A stretch of 64,000 bases of DNA, taken from positions 3,307-67,306 of the forward strand of contig CANEHB010000008.1 of assembly GCA_947427205.1 (NCBI GenBank), given 5' to 3'. The stretch comes from an uncultured Clostridium sp. (lineage in GTDB: Bacteria > Bacillota > Clostridia > TANB77 > CAG-508). A program made the position numbers and the translations under genes. Each line of letters begins with the position of its first letter. Position 1 is the stretch's first letter. Below, in pieces: positions 21,649-31,278 of this stretch. The notes beneath the pieces were generated by a model. That model saw only the letters and a program-made list of their open reading frames with translations, did not search any database and had not been told where the DNA came from.

Positions 21649-22212
21649 TTAATAAATTTCATAATCACTTGAAATTTTTGCGAATATTTCAAGAATTTCA
21701 TTAATTTTTTTGTGTGACACAATAGAAGATCTAGAATATGCAAATACATCTCTATCTATTTTATCAAATTCTTCTGGTGTATATAATCTATCATTAATAA
21801 ATATTTTTATTTCTTCTAAAAACTTTAATTGTTCTTGATCTAAATATTTAGAAAAATCAATAATTCTTTTACTTAAATATTTTTTTGAATTAATTTGAAT
21901 TTCATCTTTCATATTATTTAATTCTATTCCAGTAACTATTCCTATATTATAAATAAGAACTTGCTCAAATCTCTTATTATCAATTATTTCACTTTCATAT
22001 TGTAAAAAAAGATTTTTAATGTCTCTATCTTTTATATTCATAATAATTTTTTCTTGTAATTCTGTTATCCTTTCTATTTGATTAAGGTAATCTTCGTTAC
22101 TTTCTAATATAGACATATTATTATTCAATATATTAGATATATTATCTAATTCTGCATTTGAAAATATTGCCTCATTACTTTCCTTCATAGCATAAACCCC
22201 TTTTAATTTCAT
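21649..22212 (-). CDS. Hypothetical protein
   Basis: 187-aa ORF, divergent from the small XRE gene. Confidence 0.4.
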   Translation of the reverse strand: MKLKGVYAMKESNEAIFSNAELDNISNILNNNMSILESNEDYLNQIERITELQEKIIMNIKDRDIKNLFLQYESEIIDNKRFEQVLIYNIGIVTGIELNNMKDEIQINSKKYLSKRIIDFSKYLDQEQLKFLEEIKIFINDRLYTPEEFDKIDRDVFAYSRSSIVSHKKINEILEIFAKISSDYEIY

Positions 22213-22273
22213 ATAACTAAAACATTATACTGGTTATATATCCAGTAGTCAAGTAATAAATTCTAATTATATA

Positions 22274-22537
22274 ATGAAAGAAAAAATTGTGAGTATTAAT
22301 ATGATAAAATTAAAAATAGAAAATGGTTATTATCTTCTCAAATTAGAAGATTTAATAATTCAAAATAATTTAAGTTTAAATAAAATTATTAGAGATACCA
22401 ATACTGATTTTAAAGTTTTAAAAAGAATAATGTCTGGTAAATTAGTTAGAGTTGATATATATGTTATTGCAAGATTATGTGATTATTTTAATTGTTCTAT
22501 GAATGATATAATTGAATATGTACCAAATAAAAAGTAG
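22274..22537 (+). CDS. XRE-family HTH transcriptional regulator (small)
   Basis: C-terminal helix-turn-helix (LSLNKIIRDTNTDFKVLKRIMSG...). The start may instead be the internal Met at about 22301. Confidence 0.55.
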   Translation: MKEKIVSINMIKLKIENGYYLLKLEDLIIQNNLSLNKIIRDTNTDFKVLKRIMSGKLVRVDIYVIARLCDYFNCSMNDIIEYVPNKK

Positions 22538-22587
22538 TATAAATTATTTATATAATTATACTATTTTAATTATTATGTACAAAATTA

Positions 22588-22962
22588 TTATAATTTATCA
22601 TTATATAATGCATTGTAAATTGCTATATTAATAAGTTTATAAATTGATAAACCATATTTATTTTTATATTCTTCCAATTTTTTATATGACGTTTCTCTAA
22701 TTGCAAAATTATGTGCTTCTATAATCTCATTTTCCGCTCTTTCGTATATTGCAATATTTTCGTTATTAATCATATCTATAATCGCTATATTTACTAATTT
22801 ATTAATTGATGCATCATATTCATTTGATAACTCAACTAACTTTTCATAAAATGTGTTATCAATTTCAACTCTTCTTTTTAAAAGATTATCTTTCTTTAAT
22901 AAATATTTATCAAATATATTCATCTTATTACCCCTTAATATTATTATACTTCCTTGAAGCAA
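22588..22962 (-). CDS. Hypothetical protein
   Basis: 124-aa ORF. Confidence 0.35.
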   Translation of the reverse strand: MLQGSIIILRGNKMNIFDKYLLKKDNLLKRRVEIDNTFYEKLVELSNEYDASINKLVNIAIIDMINNENIAIYERAENEIIEAHNFAIRETSYKKLEEYKNKYGLSIYKLINIAIYNALYNDKL

Positions 22963-23009
22963 TATTTTTAACTCCTATTTTTTAGTTATTTAAACTACTC
23001 AAAGATAAA

Positions 23010-23414
23010 TTATTGCTCATACTTTTTTCTGCTTTTTCGTCCATTATTAATATTAGCACCTTTATATGTACTAGTTAAAGAATGACAATTTGGACATAAA
23101 ACGATTAAATTACTTTCGCTATTATTTAAATAATTCCCATCAATGTGTTCTATTTCCAATGGTATTTTTCCTGTATATATATTAATTTTGTTCCAATTAC
23201 ATCTAACACATTTATAATCATATTTCTCTAATAAATATCTTTTTATATGCATTGATAGCTGGTAACTTCCTCGCATTCCATTTTTATTTCCAGCCTTCCA
23301 GTTATCAATATAAGTTTTATATTCATATTCTTTTTGACATTCTAAAGAACAATATTTATTTCTATTTGAAATAGTATTATTACAATTTATACATACTTTC
23401 ATTATTATCACCAC
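23010..23414 (-). CDS. HNH endonuclease
   Basis: Cys pairs (CINCNN, CVRCNWN, CPNCHS) and an HNH core (EIEHIDGN...N...H). Confidence 0.7.
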   Translation of the reverse strand: MVIIMKVCINCNNTISNRNKYCSLECQKEYEYKTYIDNWKAGNKNGMRGSYQLSMHIKRYLLEKYDYKCVRCNWNKINIYTGKIPLEIEHIDGNYLNNSESNLIVLCPNCHSLTSTYKGANINNGRKSRKKYEQ

Positions 23415-23470
23415 TATAATTATATTAGCTATTTTTTATTTTGACAATTCGATATTTTGATATATAACGT

Positions 23471-23503
23471 AAAAAAAGATAAGTAAAATACTTATCTTTT
23501 TTT
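23471..23503 (-). terminator. Rho-independent terminator ending the tRNA operon
   Basis: AAGATAAGTA-loop-TACTTATCTT stem followed by a T-run, directly 3' of the tRNA-Thr CCA end. Confidence 0.6.
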
Positions 23504-23504
23504 C

Positions 23505-23812
<308 letters not shown>

Positions 23813-23844
23813 ATATTCAATTTTAAAATGTACCAATTTTTTAT

Positions 23845-23919
23845 TGGTGACCCCTACGGGAATCGAACCCATGTCTCCGCCGTGAAAGGGCGATGTCTTA
23901 ACCGCTTGACCAAGGGGCC
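23845..23919 (-). tRNA. tRNA-Glu(UUC)
   Basis: Cloverleaf GGCCCCU...anticodon loop CUUUCAC...T loop GGUUCGAUUCC...ACCA, with CCA encoded. Confidence 0.85.
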
Positions 23920-23946
23920 ATAAAAGAACATCGATAGATATTCTTT

Positions 23947-24022
23947 TGGTGAGCTATCCGCGACTCGAACGCGGGACAACTTGATTAAAAGTCAAGTGCT
24001 CTACCACCTGAGCTAATAGCCC
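23947..24022 (-). tRNA. tRNA-Lys(UUU)
   Basis: Cloverleaf GGGCUAUUAGCUCAGGUGGUAGAGCACUUGACUUUUAAUCAAGUUGUCCCGCGUUCGAGUCGCGGAUAGCUCACCA. Confidence 0.85.
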
Positions 24023-24055
24023 ATTTTACAGTTCCAAAATTACAACTGCTTATAT

Positions 24056-24084
24056 ATAATACACCTTTTTTTGTGACTTGTCAA
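24056..24084 (-). promoter_or_regulatory. Sigma-A-type promoter for the tRNA operon
   Basis: The minus strand reads TTGACA, a 17-nt spacer, then TATTAT, about 30 nt upstream of tRNA-Lys. Confidence 0.45.
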
Positions 24085-24225
24085 CATCTTTTTAAAATTT
24101 ATTTAAATTTTTTTTATTTTATTTTAATAATATATATTATTAAAGCAAGAGAAACTATATTATAATTAGTTTATAAATAATTTATAATTAGTTTCTCTTA
24201 CTTTTTTAACTATCAATTTATTATT

Positions 24226-27213
24226 TTATTTTTCTGATAATTTCATTACTGCTTTTTTTAATTTTGTAAGTTTACTTTCTGCATCATCTAAAGTCTTACC
24301 TTTAACTCCCATATAAAACTTAACCTTTGGCTCTGTTCCAGATGGTCTTATACAACACCAACTATTATCTTCTAAATCATAATATAAAACATTTGATGTT
24401 GGTAATCCTGTTTCTGATTCTTTTCCTGTTTTTGTATCTACAATAATGCCTGATTGATAATCTCTAACTCTTGTAACTTTATATCCTCCTAATTCTTTTG
24501 GTGGATGACTTCTAATAGAATCTAAAAGTTCTTTCATTTTTACTGCGCCATCAGCACCTTTTAATGTAATTGTAGATATTCCTTCTTTATAAAATCCATA
24601 TTTTTCATAAATATTTATCATTTGATCCCATAAAGTTAATCCTTGTTTTTTATAGAATGCTGCTGCTTCACAAAGTAACATTACAGCTGTTATTGCATCT
24701 TTATCTCTTGCGTGAGTTCCTACTAAACATCCATAGCTTTCTTCAAATCCAAATAAATATTCATGACTTCCTGTATTTTCAAAATTTCTTATTTGTTCTC
24801 CTATATATTTGAATCCTGTTAATACTTCAATAAAGTCAACTTTATATTCTTCAGCTATAGCTATTGCTAAATTTGAAGAAACTATAGTTGAAATTAAAGC
24901 ACCTTTTTTAGGTAAAAGCTTTTTAGCTTTCTTTTGAGATAATATATATTCTGCAATTAATAACCCTGACATATTTCCTGTAAATGGCATATATTTTCCT
25001 GTTTTTGTATCTTTAGCTAAAACTCCTAATCTATCAGCATCAGGATCAGTTGCTAGAACTACATCTGCATCTTCTTTTTCTGCCAATTTTAATGCTAAAT
25101 CAAAAGCTTTTATATCTTCTGGATTTGGATAATCAACTGTTGGAAAACTTCCATTTGGTAATTCTTGCTGTGGAACTACAAAAACATTTGAAAATCCTAA
25201 ATCTTCTAAAACTGTTTGTACTGGAATATTTCCTGTTCCATGTAATGGTGTATAAACAATTTTTAAATCTTTTTCTACTTCTTTTATTACTTCTGGATTT
25301 AATACTTGTTTCTTTATAGCTTTAATATATAATTTATCCATTGCTTTTCCAATTACATTATATAATTTTAATTTTTTAGATTCTTCTAATGTAATCATTC
25401 TTATTAATGAATAATCTTTTACTTTATTTACTTCAGCTATAATTTCTTTATCATGTGGTGCTACTATTTGTGCTCCATCATCCCAATACACTTTATATCC
25501 GTTATATTCTGGTGGATTATGGCTAGCTGTAATCATAATTCCAGCTGTACATCCAAGTTCTCTTACTGCAAATGATAATTCTGGAACTGGTCTTAAACTA
25601 TCAAATATATATGTTTTTATTCCATTAGCATTTAGACAAAGTGCAGTTGCTTCACTAAATTCTGGTGACATATTTCTTGAATCATAAGCTATAACAACAC
25701 CTTTACTTTCAGTTCCTTTTCTTAAAATATAATTTGCTAAACCTTGAGTCGCTTTTGTAACAGTATAAATATTCATTCTATTTGTACCATTACCAATAAC
25801 TCCTCTCATTCCAGCTGTTCCAAATTCTAAGTCTTTATAAAACCTATCTTTTATTTCTTCTTCATTTCCAGCTATTGTTAATAATTCTTTTCTTGTTTCT
25901 TCATCAAATATTGAACTTGTAGACCATTCTTTATATTTATTTGTATATTCTACTTTATTCATATAGTCTTTATATAATTTTCTAGCTGTTTCTGGGCTAT
26001 CTTGACCTTGAGCATTTTTAATAGGAGCAAATTCTTCTTCTCTTTTTACTCTTAAAACAACTACATCATCAAACATTTCATAAGAGTCAAATATGAACAT
26101 TTCAAATTTATATGCATTAGGTTTATCACCTTCAACAATTTTTCCTTTTTCATCCATATATTTAGCTTTCTTAACAGCTGTATGATATGGAAGGCTTAAT
26201 TCACTAACTTTTTCTAATCCTTTTATATTGTATAAGTGGAATATAGCATTTGCATCTCCATAAACAAGAGATCTATCATCATCTCTTAAATTCGCCATTT
26301 CCTCTGAAATTTCTGTATATTCTATAACTCCAACTTTTTTATTTTTTCTACAAAATACACCAACTTTTTCTTTTGGATCTGTTTTTTCTATTGCTTTTAC
26401 AGCACCTAATACTTTATTATGTATAGACATACCTATTAATAATGGATCAACTGGTTTTACTAAAACATTATCAACACCATTTATAAATACCCATTCAATA
26501 CCATTTTCTTTCATTTCTTCAATAACATGACTTCTTTCCATTGATTGAAGAGTTCCCCCATGACCATTAGCAGCTCTTTTAACCATACCATCTGTTTCTA
26601 ATAGAATTTTTCCATCTAATCCTATCATTGGTAGTTCACCTTGTTTAAAGAATTTTACTGCTTCTTTTGGATATCCAAAATAGTTATTTTCTTCAAAGAA
26701 TTTTACAGTTGCATCATTGTTTTCTCTACTTGTCATTAAATACCATGGTATAACTGTATCATATTTTCTCCATGCTTCTTTTAACGTATCACATAAAGCT
26801 TCAAATATAGATTTATTCTTTTCTGTATCAAATATAAAAGTACCTTTTGGACCTGTATGTCCAAGTCTAGTTCCTTGTCCTCCTGCCATTGTTACTGCGG
26901 CAAATTTATTATATTTTATCGCTTCAATACCCTTTTTCTCATACATTTCACGTTCAGCAACTGTTAATTTAGATTTATCAACATGTTCTATTGGTTCTAC
27001 AGTAACCTTCTCTAAATCTACTGGTTTTGTTGCTTTTTCGTATAAATTTTTCATTAATTCAAAATCAATATCTTTTATTTGATTTAATAACTCTGCTTTG
27101 TGCTCACTGTCCATTTCATCATATTTTAAAAGCAAATGTTCTTGACCATATTTTTTTAAGACTTTTTTTACATCTTCTAGTTCTTTACTCATTATGTTTT
27201 TTACTCCTTTCAA
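24226..27213 (-). CDS. Bifunctional fusion: N-terminal UDP-sugar pyrophosphorylase (UDPGP/UAP family) plus C-terminal alpha-D-phosphohexomutase (PGM/PMM)
   Basis: N-terminal MAGGQGTRLG nucleotide-binding loop of the UDPGP family. C-terminal TASHNPPEYNGYK phosphoserine loop and GTAGMRG motif of phosphohexomutases. Single 995-aa ORF. Confidence 0.75.
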   Translation of the reverse strand: MKGVKNIMSKELEDVKKVLKKYGQEHLLLKYDEMDSEHKAELLNQIKDIDFELMKNLYEKATKPVDLEKVTVEPIEHVDKSKLTVAEREMYEKKGIEAIKYNKFAAVTMAGGQGTRLGHTGPKGTFIFDTEKNKSIFEALCDTLKEAWRKYDTVIPWYLMTSRENNDATVKFFEENNYFGYPKEAVKFFKQGELPMIGLDGKILLETDGMVKRAANGHGGTLQSMERSHVIEEMKENGIEWVFINGVDNVLVKPVDPLLIGMSIHNKVLGAVKAIEKTDPKEKVGVFCRKNKKVGVIEYTEISEEMANLRDDDRSLVYGDANAIFHLYNIKGLEKVSELSLPYHTAVKKAKYMDEKGKIVEGDKPNAYKFEMFIFDSYEMFDDVVVLRVKREEEFAPIKNAQGQDSPETARKLYKDYMNKVEYTNKYKEWSTSSIFDEETRKELLTIAGNEEEIKDRFYKDLEFGTAGMRGVIGNGTNRMNIYTVTKATQGLANYILRKGTESKGVVIAYDSRNMSPEFSEATALCLNANGIKTYIFDSLRPVPELSFAVRELGCTAGIMITASHNPPEYNGYKVYWDDGAQIVAPHDKEIIAEVNKVKDYSLIRMITLEESKKLKLYNVIGKAMDKLYIKAIKKQVLNPEVIKEVEKDLKIVYTPLHGTGNIPVQTVLEDLGFSNVFVVPQQELPNGSFPTVDYPNPEDIKAFDLALKLAEKEDADVVLATDPDADRLGVLAKDTKTGKYMPFTGNMSGLLIAEYILSQKKAKKLLPKKGALISTIVSSNLAIAIAEEYKVDFIEVLTGFKYIGEQIRNFENTGSHEYLFGFEESYGCLVGTHARDKDAITAVMLLCEAAAFYKKQGLTLWDQMINIYEKYGFYKEGISTITLKGADGAVKMKELLDSIRSHPPKELGGYKVTRVRDYQSGIIVDTKTGKESETGLPTSNVLYYDLEDNSWCCIRPSGTEPKVKFYMGVKGKTLDDAESKLTKLKKAVMKLSEK

Positions 27214-27360
27214 TTTATATAAATATCATTAACTTCTAATCTCTATTTTTGTTATCTTATATCATTTTCATATTTTAGTCAACTATATTCAAAACCTTTA
27301 TTTTTAACCTTTTTATCTTTTTTTATATTATAAATTACATCTTGACAAATACATGCTATT

Positions 27361-27837
27361 CTATAATTGTGATTTTATTGTTTTTCTTTTTTGTACATTC
27401 TGTGAATTTTTTTCTATCTTAAATTTTCCTTCTGTATTTAAAAGTATATCGTATCTTCGTATAATATCAGCTATTTGATTTCCATTTTCAACATTATAGC
27501 AATTTACTATTTCATAAATATCTAATTTAGCGTCAAGAAATTTATTAACTTCATCTACAAAATTATTATTTCCTATAACTACTACTATTTTGTTGCTAAA
27601 ATCTTCTTTAAATAGTTCTTCTTTTACTCTCCTCCATCCTATACTTATGATTTTTTCTCTTTCACATTTAAATGATTTTACATTTTTTAAATACTTTTTT
27701 ACTTCTCCAGTTAAATCTTTTTGTGAAATTGCTACGATATCTTTTTCTTCTTTTATTTTTTCATTTATATATGGTAATACTATTGTAAATAAGTGTAAAT
27801 CACTTACATGAAAGCTACAAATTTTTTGATTATACAT
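27361..27837 (-). CDS. Hypothetical protein
   Basis: 158-aa ORF. Confidence 0.35.
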   Translation of the reverse strand: MYNQKICSFHVSDLHLFTIVLPYINEKIKEEKDIVAISQKDLTGEVKKYLKNVKSFKCEREKIISIGWRRVKEELFKEDFSNKIVVVIGNNNFVDEVNKFLDAKLDIYEIVNCYNVENGNQIADIIRRYDILLNTEGKFKIEKNSQNVQKRKTIKSQL

Positions 27838-28001
27838 AACCGCACCTCCATATATTCAAACTTTTTTGATTTTATCATTTAATATATATGCTGGTCAAAC
27901 TAAATCGTTCCTTATTTTTCGACATATCCATTTTTGGAACAAATTATTTTTTTTGCATAATTTTATAATTTTTAGTAAATACTTAGACTAATAGAATAAT
28001 A

Positions 28002-28637
28002 ATGAAAGAAGGTAATAAAATGATAAAAAAGTTAAAATATATATCTATTTTAATAATACTTTTAATTAGTTTTATTTTTATATCAATATCATCTTATGCA
28101 AGCAGTATTTCAAAAGATTTATCTGATAACTTTTTCAGACTTCATATTCTTGCAAATAGTGATTCAAAAGAAGATCAAGATTTAAAATTAAAAGTAAGAG
28201 ATAATATTATAGAATATATGAATTCTTTAAGCTATGATGGATTATCAAAGCAAGATGCTATTTGCTTAACTCAAGATCATATATCCGATTTTGAAAATAT
28301 AGCACAAAAAACTATTGAAAATGAAGGATATAATTATAATGTATCTTTAGAAATAGGCAATTTCTATTTTCCAACTAAACTATATGGAAATGTTTCACTA
28401 CCTGCTGGTTATTATGATGCTTTAAAAATAGAAATTGGCAAAGCAGAAGGAAAAAATTGGTGGTGTTCGCTTTTCCCACCTTTATGTTTTGTAGATATTT
28501 CATCTGGTGTAATTGATGAAGATACAGAAGAACTTTTAAAAGATAATTTATCTGATGAAGAATTTGCAATCATTACAAGTGACTCAGAAACAATAAAATT
28601 TAAATTTAAAATTGTAGAATTATTTTCAAATTCTTAA
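28002..28637 (+). CDS. spoIIR: Stage II sporulation protein R
   Basis: Signal/TM segment followed by the FRLHILANSDSKEDQDLKLKVRD block characteristic of SpoIIR. Confidence 0.75.
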   Translation: MKEGNKMIKKLKYISILIILLISFIFISISSYASSISKDLSDNFFRLHILANSDSKEDQDLKLKVRDNIIEYMNSLSYDGLSKQDAICLTQDHISDFENIAQKTIENEGYNYNVSLEIGNFYFPTKLYGNVSLPAGYYDALKIEIGKAEGKNWWCSLFPPLCFVDISSGVIDEDTEELLKDNLSDEEFAIITSDSETIKFKFKIVELFSNS

Positions 28638-28868
28638 ATATTCCCATATAGAACAAATCTGAAAAAAGATTGATTTCCCAACAATTTGTTCTTGTACCAA
28701 ATTTATGAAATAAATTTATGTACAAATTTAGCAAAACTTTTATTAATAGGAAAATATAACTTTCCTATTATATTAAAAAAATGTATTGTAAATATAACAT
28801 TTTTGTGATATATTTCGTATTGAGCAAATTTTGCTTATCAATTTAAACAAAATATGGGGGTATATATT

Positions 28869-30128
28869 TTGGAAAAGTTAGTTATTACTGGAAAAACTCC
28901 TTTAAAAGGCGAAGTAGTAATAAGTGGCGCTAAAAACGCTGCTGTTGCAATTATACCAGCAACATTATTAATAAATGGAATTTGTACTATTGAAAATTTA
29001 CCAAATATAAGTGATGTAAAATTATATTGTGATATATTAACTGAATTAGGTGCAAAAATAACTTGGAAAACAGAACATGAAGTAACAATAGATACACGTG
29101 AAATAAATTCTAATAACATTCCACTTGAAACTACAAGAAAATTTAGAGCTTCTTACTATCTTTTAGGTTCTCTACTTGGAAGATGTAAAAATGCTAAAGT
29201 TGGTATTCCAGGTGGATGTAACCTAGGTTCAAGACCTATTGATCAACATATAAAAACATTTGAAGCACTAGGTGCAACTGTTGATGTTTCAAATGGTAAT
29301 ATTACAGCAAAAGCAAAAAAATTAAGAGGAACTTCTGTATATATGGATGTTGTTTCTGTAGGAGCTACAATTAATGCAATGCTTGCTGCTGTACTTGCAG
29401 AAGGAACAACAGTTATTGATAATGCTGCAAAAGAACCTCATATTGTTGATGTAGCAAATTTTCTAAACACTATGGGCGCTGATATTAGAGGTGCAGGAAC
29501 TGATATAATAAAAGTAAATGGCGTAAAAGAATTAAAAGGTGATGCTACATATTCAGTAGTTCCTGATCAAATTGAAGCTGGTACTTTCATGCTTGCAGCA
29601 GTTGCTTCTAAAGGTGATATAATTATAAAAAATTGTATTACAAAGCACTTAGAATCAATAATAGCTAAAGTTGTAGAAATCGGTGGAAATGTTGATGCTA
29701 ATGGAGATCATTTAAGAGTTTGGTATGGAAAAAGAACTCATAAAGCAACAATAAAAACATTACCTTACCCAGGATTCCCTACTGATTTACAACCTCAAAT
29801 GGGTGTTGTTCTTTCTATATCAGAAGGAACAAGTATTATAAACGAAAGTATTTGGGAATCAAGATTTCAATATACAGCAGAATTAAATAAAATGGGTGCA
29901 AAAATAACAGCTCAAGGTAAAACAGCTATTTTTGAAGGAGTAAATGAACTTACTGCAGCACCTGTTTATGCAACAGATTTAAGAGCTGGAGCAGCTTTAA
30001 TTATTGCTGGTATTGTTGCAAAAGGAAAAACAGAAATTTATAATTTAAATCATATTGACCGTGGTTATGAAAATATAGAAGAAAAATTTAGAAAATTAGG
30101 TGCAAAAATAGAAAGAGTAGAAGAATAA
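28869..30128 (+). CDS. murA: UDP-N-acetylglucosamine 1-carboxyvinyltransferase
   Basis: EPT-family N-terminus LVITGKTPLKGEVVISGAKNAAV and full-length similarity to MurA. The ORF track starts at 28854, but the TTG at 28869 is preceded by a GGGGG RBS at the correct spacing. Confidence 0.9.
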   Translation: MEKLVITGKTPLKGEVVISGAKNAAVAIIPATLLINGICTIENLPNISDVKLYCDILTELGAKITWKTEHEVTIDTREINSNNIPLETTRKFRASYYLLGSLLGRCKNAKVGIPGGCNLGSRPIDQHIKTFEALGATVDVSNGNITAKAKKLRGTSVYMDVVSVGATINAMLAAVLAEGTTVIDNAAKEPHIVDVANFLNTMGADIRGAGTDIIKVNGVKELKGDATYSVVPDQIEAGTFMLAAVASKGDIIIKNCITKHLESIIAKVVEIGGNVDANGDHLRVWYGKRTHKATIKTLPYPGFPTDLQPQMGVVLSISEGTSIINESIWESRFQYTAELNKMGAKITAQGKTAIFEGVNELTAAPVYATDLRAGAALIIAGIVAKGKTEIYNLNHIDRGYENIEEKFRKLGAKIERVEE

Positions 30129-30149
30129 TAAAAAGCAGAGGATAAAAAA

Positions 30150-30938
30150 ATGTTAAAATTTTGTAGCTTGTATAGTGGTAGTTCTGGAAACTGTTTATTT
30201 GTTAGCACAAATAATACAAAAGTTTTAATAGATTGTGGAACAAGCTGTAAAAAAATTTGTGAAGGATTAGCATCAATCGATTCATCTATTGAAGATATTG
30301 ATGCTATTTTAGTTACACACGAGCATTCTGATCATGTACAAGGTTTAGGAATGGTTTCTAAAAAATTTAATATTCCTGTATACGCTAATTTAGAAACATG
30401 GAATGCTATGGAAAAACAAAAAGAAAAAATTTCAGAAAAAAATATAAAGTTATTTGAAAATGATAAAGATTTTTTATTAAATGATTTAACTATTCATCCA
30501 TTTACTACTCCACATGATGCTGCAAACCCATGTGGATTTAGCATACATAATGGTAAAAAAAGACTTAGTATAGCAACAGATTTGGGTTATATGGATAATA
30601 GAATATTTGAACAATTGCAAAATAGTTCTTTTGTTTTATTAGAATCTAATTATGAACCAGAACTGTTAGATGCATCTAAATATCCTTATCATTTAAAACA
30701 AAGAATAAAAGGTCCAAATGGTCATTTATCTAATGAAACAGCTGGAAAAACAATTTCCGAACTAATGAAAAAAGATTTAAAAGAAGTAATACTTGGTCAT
30801 TTAAGTAAAGAAAATAACTTTCCAGAGCTTGCTTACAAAACTGTTGCAGAACAGCTTATGAACAATAATAGTGATATCAATACAATAAAATTAAGTGTAG
30901 CAAGTAGAAATACACCAGGTAAAATAGTTAATCTTTAA
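30150..30938 (+). CDS. MBL-fold metallo-hydrolase (YycJ/WalJ-like)
   Basis: HEHSDH zinc-binding motif. 262 aa. Confidence 0.8.
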   Translation: MLKFCSLYSGSSGNCLFVSTNNTKVLIDCGTSCKKICEGLASIDSSIEDIDAILVTHEHSDHVQGLGMVSKKFNIPVYANLETWNAMEKQKEKISEKNIKLFENDKDFLLNDLTIHPFTTPHDAANPCGFSIHNGKKRLSIATDLGYMDNRIFEQLQNSSFVLLESNYEPELLDASKYPYHLKQRIKGPNGHLSNETAGKTISELMKKDLKEVILGHLSKENNFPELAYKTVAEQLMNNNSDINTIKLSVASRNTPGKIVNL

Positions 30939-31278
30939 ATATAAATCGGAGTTTATTCTTCGATTTTTTTATTTTATATATTTCTTATAAAATAAAGATT
31001 ACACTCAATTTTATATACAAAACAATACATCAGATTTCCTTTTATAATAACTATTAATTTAAAATTTTCTTTTTTATTTTGTGGATAATTAATTTAATAA
31101 CAATTTTTCTAATAGTGAAAAATGAAAGAATAAAAATTGATAATAGAAATAAAAGCTTTATGATATAACACCTCCTAAGGTGCACATATAATAACACAGT
31201 AAATTATTGTATGTCAACATTAATTTTAAAATTTTCTAAAAAACTCAAATTACTTTTAAGTAATTTGAGTTTTTCTTT

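Noticed and set aside
27838-28001. A sigma-F type promoter upstream of spoIIR
   Set aside because: A GCATA element is present, but the downstream -10 region does not match the sigma-F consensus convincingly in this AT-rich sequence. Not reported as a feature.
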